Assembly (NCBI GenBank): GCA_045563135.1
Contig: JBJKUL010000001.1
Coordinates: 741,351 to 805,350, forward strand
From: Candidatus Actinomarina sp.
GTDB lineage: Bacteria > Actinomycetota > Acidimicrobiia > Actinomarinales > Actinomarinaceae
Direction: 5' to 3'
DNA length: 64,000 nucleotides
Shown here: one piece after another, positions 9,497 through 23,953 of the stretch
How positions within the stretch are numbered: the first letter of the stretch is position 1
Layout of the letters: each line of letters opens with the position of its first letter
Made by a program: the position numbers and the translations under genes
Notes under the pieces: model-generated
What the model saw: the letters and a program-made list of their open reading frames with translations, nothing else
What the model was told of the DNA's origin: nothing
Database searches by the model: none

Positions 9497-9958
9497 ATGA
9501 AAACATTTATTGCTTCAGGATTTGGAGTAGGTCTAATCTGGAAGTCTTTATTTGGAGATAAAAAAGGAGGCGGTACGTTTGCATCCTTTGTCTTTGTTCT
9601 TTTGTTATTCCTTTTTCAAATTAAGACGGTATGGCTTTTAATAATATTTGTTTTATTAACAATACTTTATTTTTTAACCGTAGATGATGAATCGTGTTCG
9701 AACGACCCAAGTTGGATTACTCTTGATGAAATAGTTGGAATGAGCTTAGCTTCACTAGCCTCCCCATCTGAATTATTACCTCTGGTTGCGGGATTTGTAA
9801 TATTTAGAGCATCTGACATATTAAAGCAACCTAACATAGTTGCTCAGATGGAATCTATTCCAGGGAAAAAAGGTGTACTTTATGATGATTTAGCAGCAGG
9901 TGCATTTGGATTGCTTGGAGCTACAATTGTAAATCAGTTTATTGTTCTATCTCTTTAA
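9497..9958 (+). CDS. pgpA: Phosphatidylglycerophosphatase A family protein
   Basis: 153-aa membrane protein with the PgpA-type DEIVGM motif. Confidence 0.65.
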   Translation: MKTFIASGFGVGLIWKSLFGDKKGGGTFASFVFVLLLFLFQIKTVWLLIIFVLLTILYFLTVDDESCSNDPSWITLDEIVGMSLASLASPSELLPLVAGFVIFRASDILKQPNIVAQMESIPGKKGVLYDDLAAGAFGLLGATIVNQFIVLSL

Positions 9959-11384
9959 GTAAAAGTTCTTTAGCCACTGATGGATTGACTTTACCATTTG
10001 AAAGCTTTATTACCTGACCAACTAAAAAACCTATTAATTTTTGCTCTCCGTTTGAAATTCGTTCAATTACCTCTTCATTTTCATCAAGAACTTCCTTGAC
10101 CATTTTACTAATCTCTTCGGTATCATTTTCTTGAATAAGTTTACTTGCTACTGCATACTCTTCAGGATTGATTTTCTCATCAATTAATTTTGATAAAATT
10201 TCTTTTCCAGAGGTAAAAGATATCTTATCACTCTTAACTAAAGAAATTATCTCGCTTAGATTTTCAGGATTCAACCAAGTTGGAGGTGTAGCTTTCTCTA
10301 GTTTTCTTAATTGCCCTTGTAATTCTCCTGTTATCCAATTGAAAGAAACTTTAGAATCTTTAGTTATGTTTGAAACAGAATTGTAAAGTTCTCCTATCCA
10401 TGTTGCACTTTTTCCCAGACTATTTGCATCTTCAATGCTTAAGCCACTTTCAATAAATGTATTTCTTTTATCTGATGGGAGCAGTGGCATGTCTTTTTTA
10501 ATATCTGTGACAAAATCTTCATCTAGAATCATGTTAGGAATATCAGGATCTGAAAAATAACGATAATCTGCACTTCCCTCTTTAGATCTCATAGAACTAG
10601 TAACTTCTTTTTTTTCATCCCAATGTCTTGTTTCTTGAATAATAATTTCCTCATTTTTAAGCATTTTTGTCTGTCTAGAAATTTCATACTCTATTGCTTT
10701 CTCAAGAGACTTCAAAGAGTTCATATTTTTAATCTCTACTTTGGTACCTAACTCATCAGCATTTTCGTAAGCAACTGAAATATTTGCATCAAATCTTAAA
10801 TTTCCTTTTTCTAACTTTCCTTCTGATATATTTAAATCTATTACAAGTTGTCTAAGTTCCTCTATGTAGGCAACTGCTTCTTTTGAAGATTTTATTAAAG
10901 GTTTTGTTACAACTTCAACTAGAGGTATCCCAGCTCTATTAAAATCTAGGTGAGTACTAGTTGCTGAATCAATTCTACCTGATCCAATATGTGTACTTTT
11001 TCCGGTGTCTTCTTCCATGTGTACGCGTTCAATTTCTACTGTTCCAAATTCCCCATCAACAACTATTTCAAGAGAACCATCAGTACCAACAGGCAGGTCA
11101 AATTGTGATATTTGATAATTTTTTGGGAGATCTGGATAAAAATAGTTTTTTCTATGAAACATGCCATCATTAGTTATCGCGCAGTTGGTACTTAATGCTA
11201 AAAGTGTAATGTATTCAATTGCTTTTTTATTAGGTACCGGTAAAGAACCCGGGAGACCAATACAAGTAGGACAAAGATTTTCGTTTGGTTTTTCAGTTTC
11301 TGCAACATTGCACCTACAAAACATCTTTGAATTAGTTTTTAATTCAACGTGTGTCTCCATGCCAATTGTTGGTACTATATTCAT
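9939..11384 (-). CDS. gatB: Asp-tRNA(Asn)/Glu-tRNA(Gln) amidotransferase subunit B
   Basis: 481 aa with GatB N-terminal motifs (IGMETHVELKT, cradle region) and a C-terminal YqeY-like domain. Confidence 0.9.
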   Translation of the reverse strand: MNIVPTIGMETHVELKTNSKMFCRCNVAETEKPNENLCPTCIGLPGSLPVPNKKAIEYITLLALSTNCAITNDGMFHRKNYFYPDLPKNYQISQFDLPVGTDGSLEIVVDGEFGTVEIERVHMEEDTGKSTHIGSGRIDSATSTHLDFNRAGIPLVEVVTKPLIKSSKEAVAYIEELRQLVIDLNISEGKLEKGNLRFDANISVAYENADELGTKVEIKNMNSLKSLEKAIEYEISRQTKMLKNEEIIIQETRHWDEKKEVTSSMRSKEGSADYRYFSDPDIPNMILDEDFVTDIKKDMPLLPSDKRNTFIESGLSIEDANSLGKSATWIGELYNSVSNITKDSKVSFNWITGELQGQLRKLEKATPPTWLNPENLSEIISLVKSDKISFTSGKEILSKLIDEKINPEEYAVASKLIQENDTEEISKMVKEVLDENEEVIERISNGEQKLIGFLVGQVIKLSNGKVNPSVAKELLLKEIEQ

Positions 11385-12835
11385 TCTCCATCACCCTGTA
11401 TTTGAGGTAAAGCATCAAAAGATACCTCTGATTCTAAGTTTTGAGCAAAATCTAATAAGGTATTATCAGTATTAGAGGGACTCATTATCTGAACTGATAG
11501 TGGAAGCCCGCTGGATGATAATCCTGTTGGAATACTGATAGCTGGCATTCCAACAAGGTTTGCAGGTATCGTACATAAATCAGACATATACATCTCAAGT
11601 TGATTGTCAGATTTTTCTCCAAACTTGAATGGATCTGAAGGTGTAGTCGGTGAAATTAAATAATCAACTTGCTCGAAGGTTTCTGTAAATTCTTTCTTCA
11701 TCATAGATCTAGCTTTCAATGCTTGTCCATAAAATGCATCGTAATAACCAGCTGAAAGAGCATATGTTCCCAGTAAAATCCTTTTTTTAACTTCTGGGCC
11801 AAATCCTTCAGCTCTAGTTGCTTCCATCATCTCATAACTAGTATTACCATTCACTCTATTTCCATACCTTACTCCGTCAAATCTAGATAAATTGGCAGAA
11901 CATTCAGCTGGTGCAATAAGGTAGTAAATACTAATTGACATTTTTGTCAGAGGTAACGAAACCTCAATAATTTCGTGTCCCTGTGATTCAAGTAATTTTG
12001 AAACTTTATGAACTTCTGATTTTGCATCTTCAGAAATTCCATCTTCCATTAATTCTTTAATAATCCCAATTTTTGCTTTTTCTAATTTAGGCTGCTTGAC
12101 ATTTACATCTTTTAAAGAAGTAGCATCAAATGGGTCATGTCCTCTTATCGAATTATAAAGAATCTTTGCATCTGAAACGTTGTTTGTAATTGGACCAATT
12201 TGATCTAAAGATGAAGCAAATGCGACTAATCCATACCTGGAAACTGTTCCATAGGTTGGCTTAAAACCAACTACCCCACAAAATGATGCAGGTTGTCTAA
12301 TTGAACCACCTGTATCACTACCTAGAGAAGCTATAGCTGAACCAGCAGATACAACTGCTGCAGAGCCACCAGATGAACCACCTGGAACTCTGGAAGGATC
12401 CCAAGGATTTTTTGTCGGACCGAAAGCTGAGTTTTCAGTTGATGAACCCATTGCAAACTCATCTAAATTAGTTTTTCCAGTAAAAATTACACCTTCTTCT
12501 TTAAGTTTGGAAATAACAGTTGCATCATATGGTGAAATATAATTTGAAAGCATTTGAGATGAACATGTTGTAGCGTAACCTGATATATTAATGTTGTCTT
12601 TAATGGCAACTGGAATACCATCAAGAACTCCTAACTCATCTCCTTTAAGAAACCGTTCATCTGCATCAGTTGCTTTTTTTATATTTTCTTCTTGAAATAA
12701 GCTCAAGTGCCCGTGAATTATTGATTCGGTACTCGCTGTACGCTCAAAAACTTCTGTATATAGTTCAGATGGTTTTAATTTTTTATCTTTAAATAGTTTA
12801 TTTATATCTGAAATTGGTAATTTGTAATGATCCAT
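11381..12835 (-). CDS. gatA: Glutamyl-tRNA(Gln) amidotransferase subunit A
   Basis: Amidase signature GGSSGGSAAAV; 484 aa; coupled to gatB and gatC. Confidence 0.9.
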   Translation of the reverse strand: MDHYKLPISDINKLFKDKKLKPSELYTEVFERTASTESIIHGHLSLFQEENIKKATDADERFLKGDELGVLDGIPVAIKDNINISGYATTCSSQMLSNYISPYDATVISKLKEEGVIFTGKTNLDEFAMGSSTENSAFGPTKNPWDPSRVPGGSSGGSAAVVSAGSAIASLGSDTGGSIRQPASFCGVVGFKPTYGTVSRYGLVAFASSLDQIGPITNNVSDAKILYNSIRGHDPFDATSLKDVNVKQPKLEKAKIGIIKELMEDGISEDAKSEVHKVSKLLESQGHEIIEVSLPLTKMSISIYYLIAPAECSANLSRFDGVRYGNRVNGNTSYEMMEATRAEGFGPEVKKRILLGTYALSAGYYDAFYGQALKARSMMKKEFTETFEQVDYLISPTTPSDPFKFGEKSDNQLEMYMSDLCTIPANLVGMPAISIPTGLSSSGLPLSVQIMSPSNTDNTLLDFAQNLESEVSFDALPQIQGDGE

Positions 12836-12837
12836 AA

Positions 12838-13122
12838 TTAGTCCAGAGCTGGAGGAACTACAAACTGGCCATCTATAGCTTCAGGTGCATTACTAAGAGC
12901 TTCATCATGGGTAAAAAACTTAAATGCTTCATCTTCAGCTAAATTCAAAGACATACCTAAAGGATGAATTGTAATTTTTTCGTCAGGTAATTCCATTTCA
13001 CTTAAAGCAGCAAAATGATCTATTATCATTGATAAATCTTTTTCTAATTTTTGTTCCTCTTCAGAAGTTAACTTTAATGCTGCTAATTTAGCTACATTTT
13101 TTATATTAATTTTTTCGGTCAT
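12838..13122 (-). CDS. gatC: Glutamyl-tRNA(Gln) amidotransferase subunit C
   Basis: 94 aa, position and size typical of GatC upstream of gatA. Confidence 0.8.
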   Translation of the reverse strand: MTEKINIKNVAKLAALKLTSEEEQKLEKDLSMIIDHFAALSEMELPDEKITIHPLGMSLNLAEDEAFKFFTHDEALSNAPEAIDGQFVVPPALD

Positions 13123-13126
13123 AAAT

Positions 13127-14161
13127 TTAACTTTCTAAGTATTTAACGATTGACTCATATGATTCTACTATTTGATTTGTATTAACAACTTCATCAGGAG
13201 AATGTGCAAGAAGCGGATCGCCAGGACCAAAATTTACTGCTGGTATACCTTCTTCTGAAAATCTTGCTATGTCGGTCCAAGCCTGTTTTGGTGTTACAAC
13301 TGCGCCAGTAGATTCGATAAAGTCTTTTACAACCTGAGAGTCTAAATTAGGAAGCGCTCCATTTGATGTGTTTTTAATTTCTATATCACCAAATTTCGAA
13401 AATGTTTTATTAATAAATTCAGATGCTTCAACTTCATTTGAAGTAGGCAAAAATCGATAATTAATATTGATATTCAAGTGTGAAGGTATGACATTGTTTG
13501 CTGAACCACCTTGAATTGTTGTAACACTGATTATTCTTTTAAAAACAAGGCCATCAATAACGCTTTCTTCTATTCCATTAGCTTGGATATATTCAATTAA
13601 GTCAGTAAGTTTTAGTATGGGATTATCGCCCATCCATGGACGAGCAGAGTGAGCAGATTTTCCATTAATCTGAAGGTCTGCATTTAATGAACCTAAACAA
13701 CCCAACTGGATTTCAGCGTTTGTTGGTTCAAGAATGATACCAAATTTAAGATTGAAGTCTTTTTTTAATAATGGCATTAAATACTCGAGGCCATTATTAA
13801 CCATGGGTCCTTCTTCAGCAGTATAAAATACACCGACAACTTCTTTGAAGTTATTATTCATTACTTTTAACATCACAGCTATTCCACTTTTCATATCTAC
13901 TGATCCTCTTCCGTAAACTTTAGAATCGTCATCAATATTTAACTGTGACTTATCTAATGGGACAGTATCTACATGACCAACTAAAGCAATATTTGAATCT
14001 GCTGATGGGTGGTATGCAATTATTCCACCTTCATTTCTGATTATTTCTCCAGTAAATTCTGAATTTGTTAATCTGTTTTCAATAAAATCTAATATTTCAG
14101 CTTCATCGCCAGTTACAGATTCGATTGCAATTAACTCTTTAGTTAATTTTTCTAAATTCAA
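13127..14161 (-). CDS. dapE: Succinyl-diaminopimelate desuccinylase (M20 family)
   Basis: M20 metal-binding motifs (HVDTVP, GRGSVDMKSG). Adjacent to dapD. Confidence 0.7.
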   Translation of the reverse strand: MNLEKLTKELIAIESVTGDEAEILDFIENRLTNSEFTGEIIRNEGGIIAYHPSADSNIALVGHVDTVPLDKSQLNIDDDSKVYGRGSVDMKSGIAVMLKVMNNNFKEVVGVFYTAEEGPMVNNGLEYLMPLLKKDFNLKFGIILEPTNAEIQLGCLGSLNADLQINGKSAHSARPWMGDNPILKLTDLIEYIQANGIEESVIDGLVFKRIISVTTIQGGSANNVIPSHLNININYRFLPTSNEVEASEFINKTFSKFGDIEIKNTSNGALPNLDSQVVKDFIESTGAVVTPKQAWTDIARFSEEGIPAVNFGPGDPLLAHSPDEVVNTNQIVESYESIVKYLES

Positions 14162-14964
14162 ACTTGTACTCCAAATGTTCTTAAAGCATCATTTAGGGAA
14201 GTTTTTTCATTGGTTGATTCTTTTCTTTTGCCAATTATCAATGCGCACATTGTATTAAATTCACCACTAGGAAATGTTTTTGGCCTTGTTCCTGGAATTA
14301 CAACTGAATTTTCCGGAACTATACCTTTATATTCTTTTGGCTCAGGACCCGTAACATCAATAATCGGTGTACTTGCGGTAATAGTTACATTTGCACCAAT
14401 AACTGCACCTTTTTGAATTTTTACTCCTTCAACAATTATCGACCTTGATCCTATGAATGCACCATCCTCAATAATGACAGGCATAGCACTTGGTGGTTCT
14501 AGAACTCCCCCAATGCCAACTCCTCCAGAAAGGTGTACATTTTTTCCAATTTGAGCACATGATCCTACCGTTGCCCATGTGTCTACCATTGTTCCAGACC
14601 CAACATATGCACCTATGTTTACAAATCCTGGCATAACAACAACACCAGGTTCACAAAAACCTCCATACCTAACCACACCAGGTGGAACAACTCTGATTTT
14701 TAATTCTTCATAATTTTTCTTAGGTTCAATTTTGTCGTAGTATTCCATTTCACCCGAACTAATAATTTCAAGATTTTTAATTGAAAAATAATATAATATA
14801 GCTGTTTTTACCCACTCATTAACTACCCAGTCATCGCCTAAGGGTTCAGCTACTCTGATTTTTCCTGTATCAAGTAGGTTTATAACATTTTCGATAACTG
14901 AAATATCCTCTGCACTGACATTTTCAATATCAATTTGTTCTATTAAAGTTTTAAAATTATCCAT
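14158..14964 (-). CDS. dapD: 2,3,4,5-tetrahydropyridine-2,6-dicarboxylate N-succinyltransferase
   Basis: Left-handed beta-helix hexapeptide repeats in the C-terminal half. Coupled to dapE. Confidence 0.7.
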   Translation of the reverse strand: MDNFKTLIEQIDIENVSAEDISVIENVINLLDTGKIRVAEPLGDDWVVNEWVKTAILYYFSIKNLEIISSGEMEYYDKIEPKKNYEELKIRVVPPGVVRYGGFCEPGVVVMPGFVNIGAYVGSGTMVDTWATVGSCAQIGKNVHLSGGVGIGGVLEPPSAMPVIIEDGAFIGSRSIIVEGVKIQKGAVIGANVTITASTPIIDVTGPEPKEYKGIVPENSVVIPGTRPKTFPSGEFNTMCALIIGKRKESTNEKTSLNDALRTFGVQV

Positions 14965-15009
14965 AATTTGCTTTGGTCTCTTTTTTATTATTAGATAATA
15001 TTTTAGTGT

Positions 15010-18546
<3,537 letters not shown>

Positions 18547-18550
<4 letters not shown>

Positions 18551-19695
18551 TGCATTCCTTTAACCGAAGTAAGTACGATATTCGCTGCTTTGGTACCGTC
18601 ACCCTGTTGAGTACTCCACCCAAAACTAAATCTCAAATGACTATTAATTAAATCATCTGAGACATTCATTGCTTGTAAAACATGAGAAGGTTTTTGTGCA
18701 CCACTTGCACATGCAGAACCCCTAGAGACACCCATACCTTGAAGGTCTAAAGCTACCATTAGAGTTTCTGAGTGGATACCTTTAAATTGAATATTTGATA
18801 TGTGATCTAGTCTATCAACAACTTCACCGACAACACTAACATCCAGGTTATTTTTGATAATTTGTTCGAAATCTTCTCTTTCTTTTAATATTTTTTTATT
18901 CTGAAGCTCCATGTGTGTTTGCTGTTCTTCAAGTGCAGCCGATAAGCTTGCAACACCAGATACATTTACCGTTCCTGCTCTACGTTCTAATTCTTGCTTA
19001 CCTCCATGTAGAAAACTTGGAATTTTAACTTCCGAACTTAGGAACATAATTCCAACACCCTTAGGACCGCCAATTTTATGACCAGATATTGCAGCACTTT
19101 GAATACCTAATTCATGAAAATCTATTTTTGTTGTTGCTACAGCTTGAACAACATCAGAATGAAATATTAGATTTTGATCAATTTTTTTTAAGTTTTGTGA
19201 TATTTCTTTAATGGGTTGAATAACTCCAGTTTCGTTGTTTGCCATCATAATTGATACGATTTCTGTATTTGAATTTACCTGATTGATAATATCTTCAACT
19301 TTAATAACACCAGCATTATCACAACCAATAAAATGTACTTTATATCCAAGTGATTCAACCCACTCAGCAGAACCAAGTACTGCTTCATGTTCAATTGCTG
19401 ATGTAACTAGCTCTGCATTTTTATTCTGATTATTTATAAATGGCATCTTGATAATCCAGTTATCTGCTTCTGTACCTCCACTTGTAAAGGTAATTTCTTT
19501 AGGTGCAGCACCAAAATGATTTGCAATTTTATCACGAGATTCTTCAAGAATATTTTTTGCTCTTCTAGATAATTCGTGTCCTCCCGCAGAATTTGCAAAA
19601 GCTTCTGATTCAGTTCTTTTGTATGCCTCAAAAGCTACTTCTCTCATAGGAGTGCTTGCTGCATGGTCTAAATACAGATAATCATTTTTTTTCAT
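18547..19695 (-). CDS. iscS: Cysteine desulfurase (IscS/NifS class V aminotransferase)
   Basis: PLP-lysine region SGHKIGGPKGVG and active-site Cys loop (SRGSACASG). Coupled to mnmA as in mycobacteria. Confidence 0.85.
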
Positions 19696-19737
19696 ATTTA
19701 TTTATTCTACTTATGAAGTAATATTGTTTAACAGACA

Positions 19738-20178
19738 ATGAGTAAAACAATAACAGTTTCAACAACAATAAATAAGCCATTAAATGAAGTATGGGATGAG
19801 GTTTCAGTACTTAAAAATCATACTAACTGGATGAAAGATGCTGTAAGTATTGAGTTTTTAACTGAATCAACACAAGGTATTAATACCAAAATGAAGGTAT
19901 TAACAAAAGTTGGTCCAATTAAGTTATTTGACTATATGACAGTAACTGAATGGGTTGAAAAAAAATCGATAGGTGTAGACCATGTTGGTATTGTTACTGG
20001 AAAAGGTAAATTTACATTAACTGAAATCGATGCCAGTAAGACTGAGTTTCAATGGGAAGAGACTCTAAAATTTCCTATTTATCTTGCAGGTCCAATTGGT
20101 GAATTTTTTGGAGCACCAGTTTTAAGACTTATATGGAAAAACAATTTACAAGGGCTAAAGGAACTTTTTAATGATTAA
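19738..20178 (+). CDS. SRPBCC (START/polyketide-cyclase-like) family protein
   Basis: 146 aa with a beta-grip-like hydrophobic pattern. Weak family-level call. Confidence 0.45.
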   Translation: MSKTITVSTTINKPLNEVWDEVSVLKNHTNWMKDAVSIEFLTESTQGINTKMKVLTKVGPIKLFDYMTVTEWVEKKSIGVDHVGIVTGKGKFTLTEIDASKTEFQWEETLKFPIYLAGPIGEFFGAPVLRLIWKNNLQGLKELFND

Positions 20179-20806
20179 AAATATATTTAGATACTCTTTT
20201 TTATTCTTAATTCTTTTCATCGGATGCAGCTCAGATGAGGCCGTTGACGAAACTGATACTACTCAAGATAGTGAAGCTGATATTGTTATTTCTGAAGGTT
20301 TAGGAGAAACCGCTGAAGTTTTTGTTTCTAACTGGAATAAGCTAGTCTCAACAATTTCAGAAGATGATGAAACAACAGGATTCTTTTCAATAAATCCTGA
20401 TGAAGTAAAGTGGACAAGCATTGAAAAAGATACTCTATATTACGAATTTGGAAATACAGAAAATCTTCAATCTGTATTTGTTATCAATTTAAATATAAAC
20501 AGCGAAAATAATACAGTTAAAGAAATTGAGTTTTTTGCACCAGCCTCAAAAGACGAAGTGAACTCTCAACAATCAAAACTGTTCTTTCTTCTTGTTATTG
20601 CTTTATCAGATGAAACTCTAGACAAAGATGGAAGAGAAAATATCTTAAACAATCTTGGACTTTATGATGAAATTAGTAATCCTAAGCAGTTAGCTGGAAG
20701 TGTGACAAAAAATAATGTCAGATATATTCTTGAGCCATTAATTGAGAATAATTTGTTATTTGGACTTAATTTATATTCAAGTATTCTTGAATCGACAAAT
20801 GCCTAA
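20171..20806 (+). CDS. Putative lipoprotein
   Basis: Lipobox LFIGC followed by Ser/Asp-rich tether; 211 aa. 8-nt overlap with the upstream ORF. Confidence 0.5.
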   Translation: MIKNIFRYSFLFLILFIGCSSDEAVDETDTTQDSEADIVISEGLGETAEVFVSNWNKLVSTISEDDETTGFFSINPDEVKWTSIEKDTLYYEFGNTENLQSVFVINLNINSENNTVKEIEFFAPASKDEVNSQQSKLFFLLVIALSDETLDKDGRENILNNLGLYDEISNPKQLAGSVTKNNVRYILEPLIENNLLFGLNLYSSILESTNA

Positions 20807-21084
20807 GAAGCTATAACTTCTTCTACGCCAGGTACTTTTTCTTTTAGGATTCTCTCTATACCACTTTTTAATGTAGCTATTGAAAGAGGACAGCCAACAC
20901 ATGCTCCTAGCATTTCTATATTTACAACACCATTGTCAACTGATGCAAGTTTTATATCTCCACCATCAGCTTGAACCGCTGGGCGGATATACTCTATGGT
21001 TTCATTCAAAATATCTAAATCTATATCAACCTGCTCTTCTCTATTTTTAATAGAAGGGAAATTAATACTTTCGCTGTTATCCAT
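20803..21084 (-). CDS. Nfu/NifU C-terminal domain Fe-S cluster carrier
   Basis: 93 aa with a GACVGCP CxxC motif. Confidence 0.75.
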   Translation of the reverse strand: MDNSESINFPSIKNREEQVDIDLDILNETIEYIRPAVQADGGDIKLASVDNGVVNIEMLGACVGCPLSIATLKSGIERILKEKVPGVEEVIAS

Positions 21085-21087
21085 GTT

Positions 21088-22344
21088 TTAATTATATTCT
21101 ATTGCTGCGCCAAGTGAGTCTAATGATGAAACAATATCTTCATATCCTCTTTCTATATGATCAATCCCCGTAATTTGTGATTTTCCATCAGCTTGAAGAG
21201 CAGCAATTATTAAACTTGCCCCGGTCCTTATATCGGTAGAATTTACGGGTGCCCCGGAAAGATCTTCGACTCCTTTAATCATCGCATGTTGCCACCCAGT
21301 TTGAATATTTGCCCCCATGCGCTGAACTTCAGGAATCCATTGGAATCGTTGATCGTAAACATTCTCAGTAATTATTGAAGTTCCTTGAGCTCTCAATAAA
21401 GCTGTTCCAAATATTGGTTGTAAATCAGTAGCTACACCAGGGAATGGAAGTGTAGATAATTCAATTGACTCATATTTATCAGTAGATTCAATAATTAGTG
21501 ATTTTTCTTGAATAGTTATATCTAGACCTATTTCAATGAATTTTTTTATCTCCATAGGAAGGGTATTTGGATCTACACCAAGTATTACTCCAGATCCACG
21601 TGTTGCAGCCAATGCTGCTAAATAAGTACCTGCAACAATTCTATCTCCTATCACTTCATGATTTGTTGGTTTTAATGACTCAACTCCGGTGATAGTTATT
21701 TCACTAGTACCCTCACCTGAAATATCAGCACCCATATTTTTTAACATTCGAACTATGTCGACTATTTCTGGTTCACGTGCAGCGTTTTCAATAACAGTTT
21801 TGCCATCAGCTAATACTGCAGCAAGTAGGGTATTTTCTGTTGCGCCTACTGATGCATAGGGTAAATTTACCTCAACACCTTTGAGACCATCTGTTTCACC
21901 TATTAATACTCCATGTTCAAGGTGAAAATTTGCTCCCATTTTCTCTAAAGCATCAAGATGCATTTGGACTGGTCTAGGCCCAAGCTGATCACCTCCAGGA
22001 AAAGCAATCTTTGCTGTGCCTTTTCGGGCTAATAGTGGTCCTAAGATAATTATTGAAGCACGCATTTTCTGTACTAGTTCATAGGGTGCTTCAATACCAA
22101 TGTTTTCTGGAGAATTAATTTTTAACGTACTTTTTTCAAAAGAGGATGTAATTCCAAGACAACTTAACACTTCCTGCATATAAGTCACATCTGTAATATT
22201 TGGAACATTAGTTATTTTATAATCGCCAGTAGCAAGAATGGGTAGCACCATCTGTTTGAGTACAGCATTTTTAGCACCCTTAATTGCAATTTCACCATTT
22301 AATTGATGATTGCCTTCAATTACTATATGTTTTTCCACTATCAT
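21088..22344 (-). CDS. murA: UDP-N-acetylglucosamine 1-carboxyvinyltransferase
   Basis: 418-aa EPT-fold protein with N-terminal KGAKNAVL and an active-site-loop region. Confidence 0.9.
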   Translation of the reverse strand: MIVEKHIVIEGNHQLNGEIAIKGAKNAVLKQMVLPILATGDYKITNVPNITDVTYMQEVLSCLGITSSFEKSTLKINSPENIGIEAPYELVQKMRASIIILGPLLARKGTAKIAFPGGDQLGPRPVQMHLDALEKMGANFHLEHGVLIGETDGLKGVEVNLPYASVGATENTLLAAVLADGKTVIENAAREPEIVDIVRMLKNMGADISGEGTSEITITGVESLKPTNHEVIGDRIVAGTYLAALAATRGSGVILGVDPNTLPMEIKKFIEIGLDITIQEKSLIIESTDKYESIELSTLPFPGVATDLQPIFGTALLRAQGTSIITENVYDQRFQWIPEVQRMGANIQTGWQHAMIKGVEDLSGAPVNSTDIRTGASLIIAALQADGKSQITGIDHIERGYEDIVSSLDSLGAAIEYN

Positions 22345-22382
22345 TGATATTACTTAAAGATACAAGTGTAACAATAAATTTT

Positions 22383-23051
22383 ATGTCAGAATCATTAATT
22401 ATTTACAAAGCAAATGACCATTTAGAGGCTTCTTCCTGCCTAAGTAATTTAATCATAAGTGACATAACTTCAACAAACCAAAAAACTTATTCGATAGGTC
22501 TTTCAGGTGGTAATACTCCAAAAATTGCTTACTCTATGTTAAAAACTGACATACCTGATTTATCAAAAATCATATTTTGGACAGTTGACGAGCGATGGAT
22601 TTCTGTCGAAGATGAAAACTCTAATCAGAGTATGATAAATAGTATTTTTAAAGAAACAGATGCACAGATTATGGAATTTGAATATACCCAGGAAAGTGCT
22701 GAACGCGATGCATCAACATACTCTAAAAAGCTATCTGATAATATATCACAATTTGACACAGCAATATTAGGAGTAGGTGAAGATGGACATATTGCATCAC
22801 TATTTCCGGGAACTAAAGCATTAGAGAACAACACAGACCTCTATACCTCGAATGAGGTAAATATTGTGACTAAATGGAGAGCAACAGCTACTTTCAAACT
22901 ATTAACAGAGGTAACTAAGTTATATCTACTTGTTACAGGAGATAACAAGAATCAGATTCTCTCTGAGATTCTAAATAATGGAAGTACTCCCGCAAATGAT
23001 CTAATCAATAACAGGACTGAAACGTTTCTTATTACAGATCAATCAACATAA
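22383..23051 (+). CDS. pgl: 6-phosphogluconolactonase
   Basis: GLSGGNTP, WTVDERW and GVGEDGHIASLFPG motifs. Start moved to the ATG at 22383 because the longer ORF would overlap murA. Confidence 0.7.
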   Translation: MSESLIIYKANDHLEASSCLSNLIISDITSTNQKTYSIGLSGGNTPKIAYSMLKTDIPDLSKIIFWTVDERWISVEDENSNQSMINSIFKETDAQIMEFEYTQESAERDASTYSKKLSDNISQFDTAILGVGEDGHIASLFPGTKALENNTDLYTSNEVNIVTKWRATATFKLLTEVTKLYLLVTGDNKNQILSEILNNGSTPANDLINNRTETFLITDQST

Positions 23052-23098
23052 AGTCATATAAACTCTAGCTATAAATACAAGTTAGGTATTCTGTCGAG

Positions 23099-23953
23099 AT
23101 GTCAACGAAAAACTATTTTCAAATGTTGCTTACCTCTGCTTTATGGGGTTCATCTTTTCTATTAATGAAATACGCTCTAAATGAATTAGATCCATTTCAA
23201 ATTGCATTTTATAGAATTTTTATTGGCATGACATTTATAAACATATTAAAAATTGAAAAAATTAAAATTTCAAAAAAAGACCATGGACTTATTTCGTTAG
23301 TCGGATTTTTATGGATGTCTCTTCCGTTTTACTTATTTGCTGAGTCAGAGCAAACTATAACTTCAAGCTTGGCAGGACTGGTTAATGGCTCAACTCCTAT
23401 CTTTATTAGTCTTTTTGCTGTATTGTTTTTTAAACAAAAAATATCCAATATAAAAAAAATATATCTCACAACAGGATTTGCTGGAATATATATTCTTTCA
23501 TTTGGTTTTAAAGCTGCCGATGTTTACTTAAGTAAAGGCTTGCTTCTTGCACTTCTAGCTTCAATTAGTTATGGATTTGCGGCTAACTTTGTACAACCAC
23601 TTATTAGTACTTATGGAGCATTAGTTACTCTGCGCATGGCATTGAGATATGCATCTGTATTTTCTTTTATTCTTTTTATAGTTAATAGTGAGTTTTTAAT
23701 GCCTACCCCTGGAGGCTCCTTAATTTACATGCTTATTTTAGGTATAGGAGGAAGTGGAATTGCATTTCTTTCTTTCTATAGTTTGATTGACGATGTTGGG
23801 GCAATTTTTGGATCTATCACCGTTTATATAATTCCAATTTTTTCAGTTATTTTTGGTTACATATTTCTGCAAGAAACAACTACCATCTCACAGATTTCTG
23901 GAGTGTCTTTGATCATCTCTTCTGCGTATTTGTTTACAAAGACGGTGGATTAG
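23099..23953 (+). CDS. DMT superfamily (EamA-like) transporter
   Basis: 284 aa, about 10 TM segments with a duplicated EamA pattern. Confidence 0.65.
   Translation: MSTKNYFQMLLTSALWGSSFLLMKYALNELDPFQIAFYRIFIGMTFINILKIEKIKISKKDHGLISLVGFLWMSLPFYLFAESEQTITSSLAGLVNGSTPIFISLFAVLFFKQKISNIKKIYLTTGFAGIYILSFGFKAADVYLSKGLLLALLASISYGFAANFVQPLISTYGALVTLRMALRYASVFSFILFIVNSEFLMPTPGGSLIYMLILGIGGSGIAFLSFYSLIDDVGAIFGSITVYIIPIFSVIFGYIFLQETTTISQISGVSLIISSAYLFTKTVD

Noticed and set aside
9939-9958. 20-nt convergent overlap of pgpA and gatB as a possible mis-assembly or frameshift
   Set aside because: Both reading frames are intact with conserved termini. Convergent overlaps recur throughout this compact window.
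22284-22382. N-terminal extension of pgl overlapping murA
   Set aside because: The longer ORF would overlap murA by 61 nt and adds a hydrophobic, non-conserved leader. The ATG at 22383 gives a standard PGL N-terminus.
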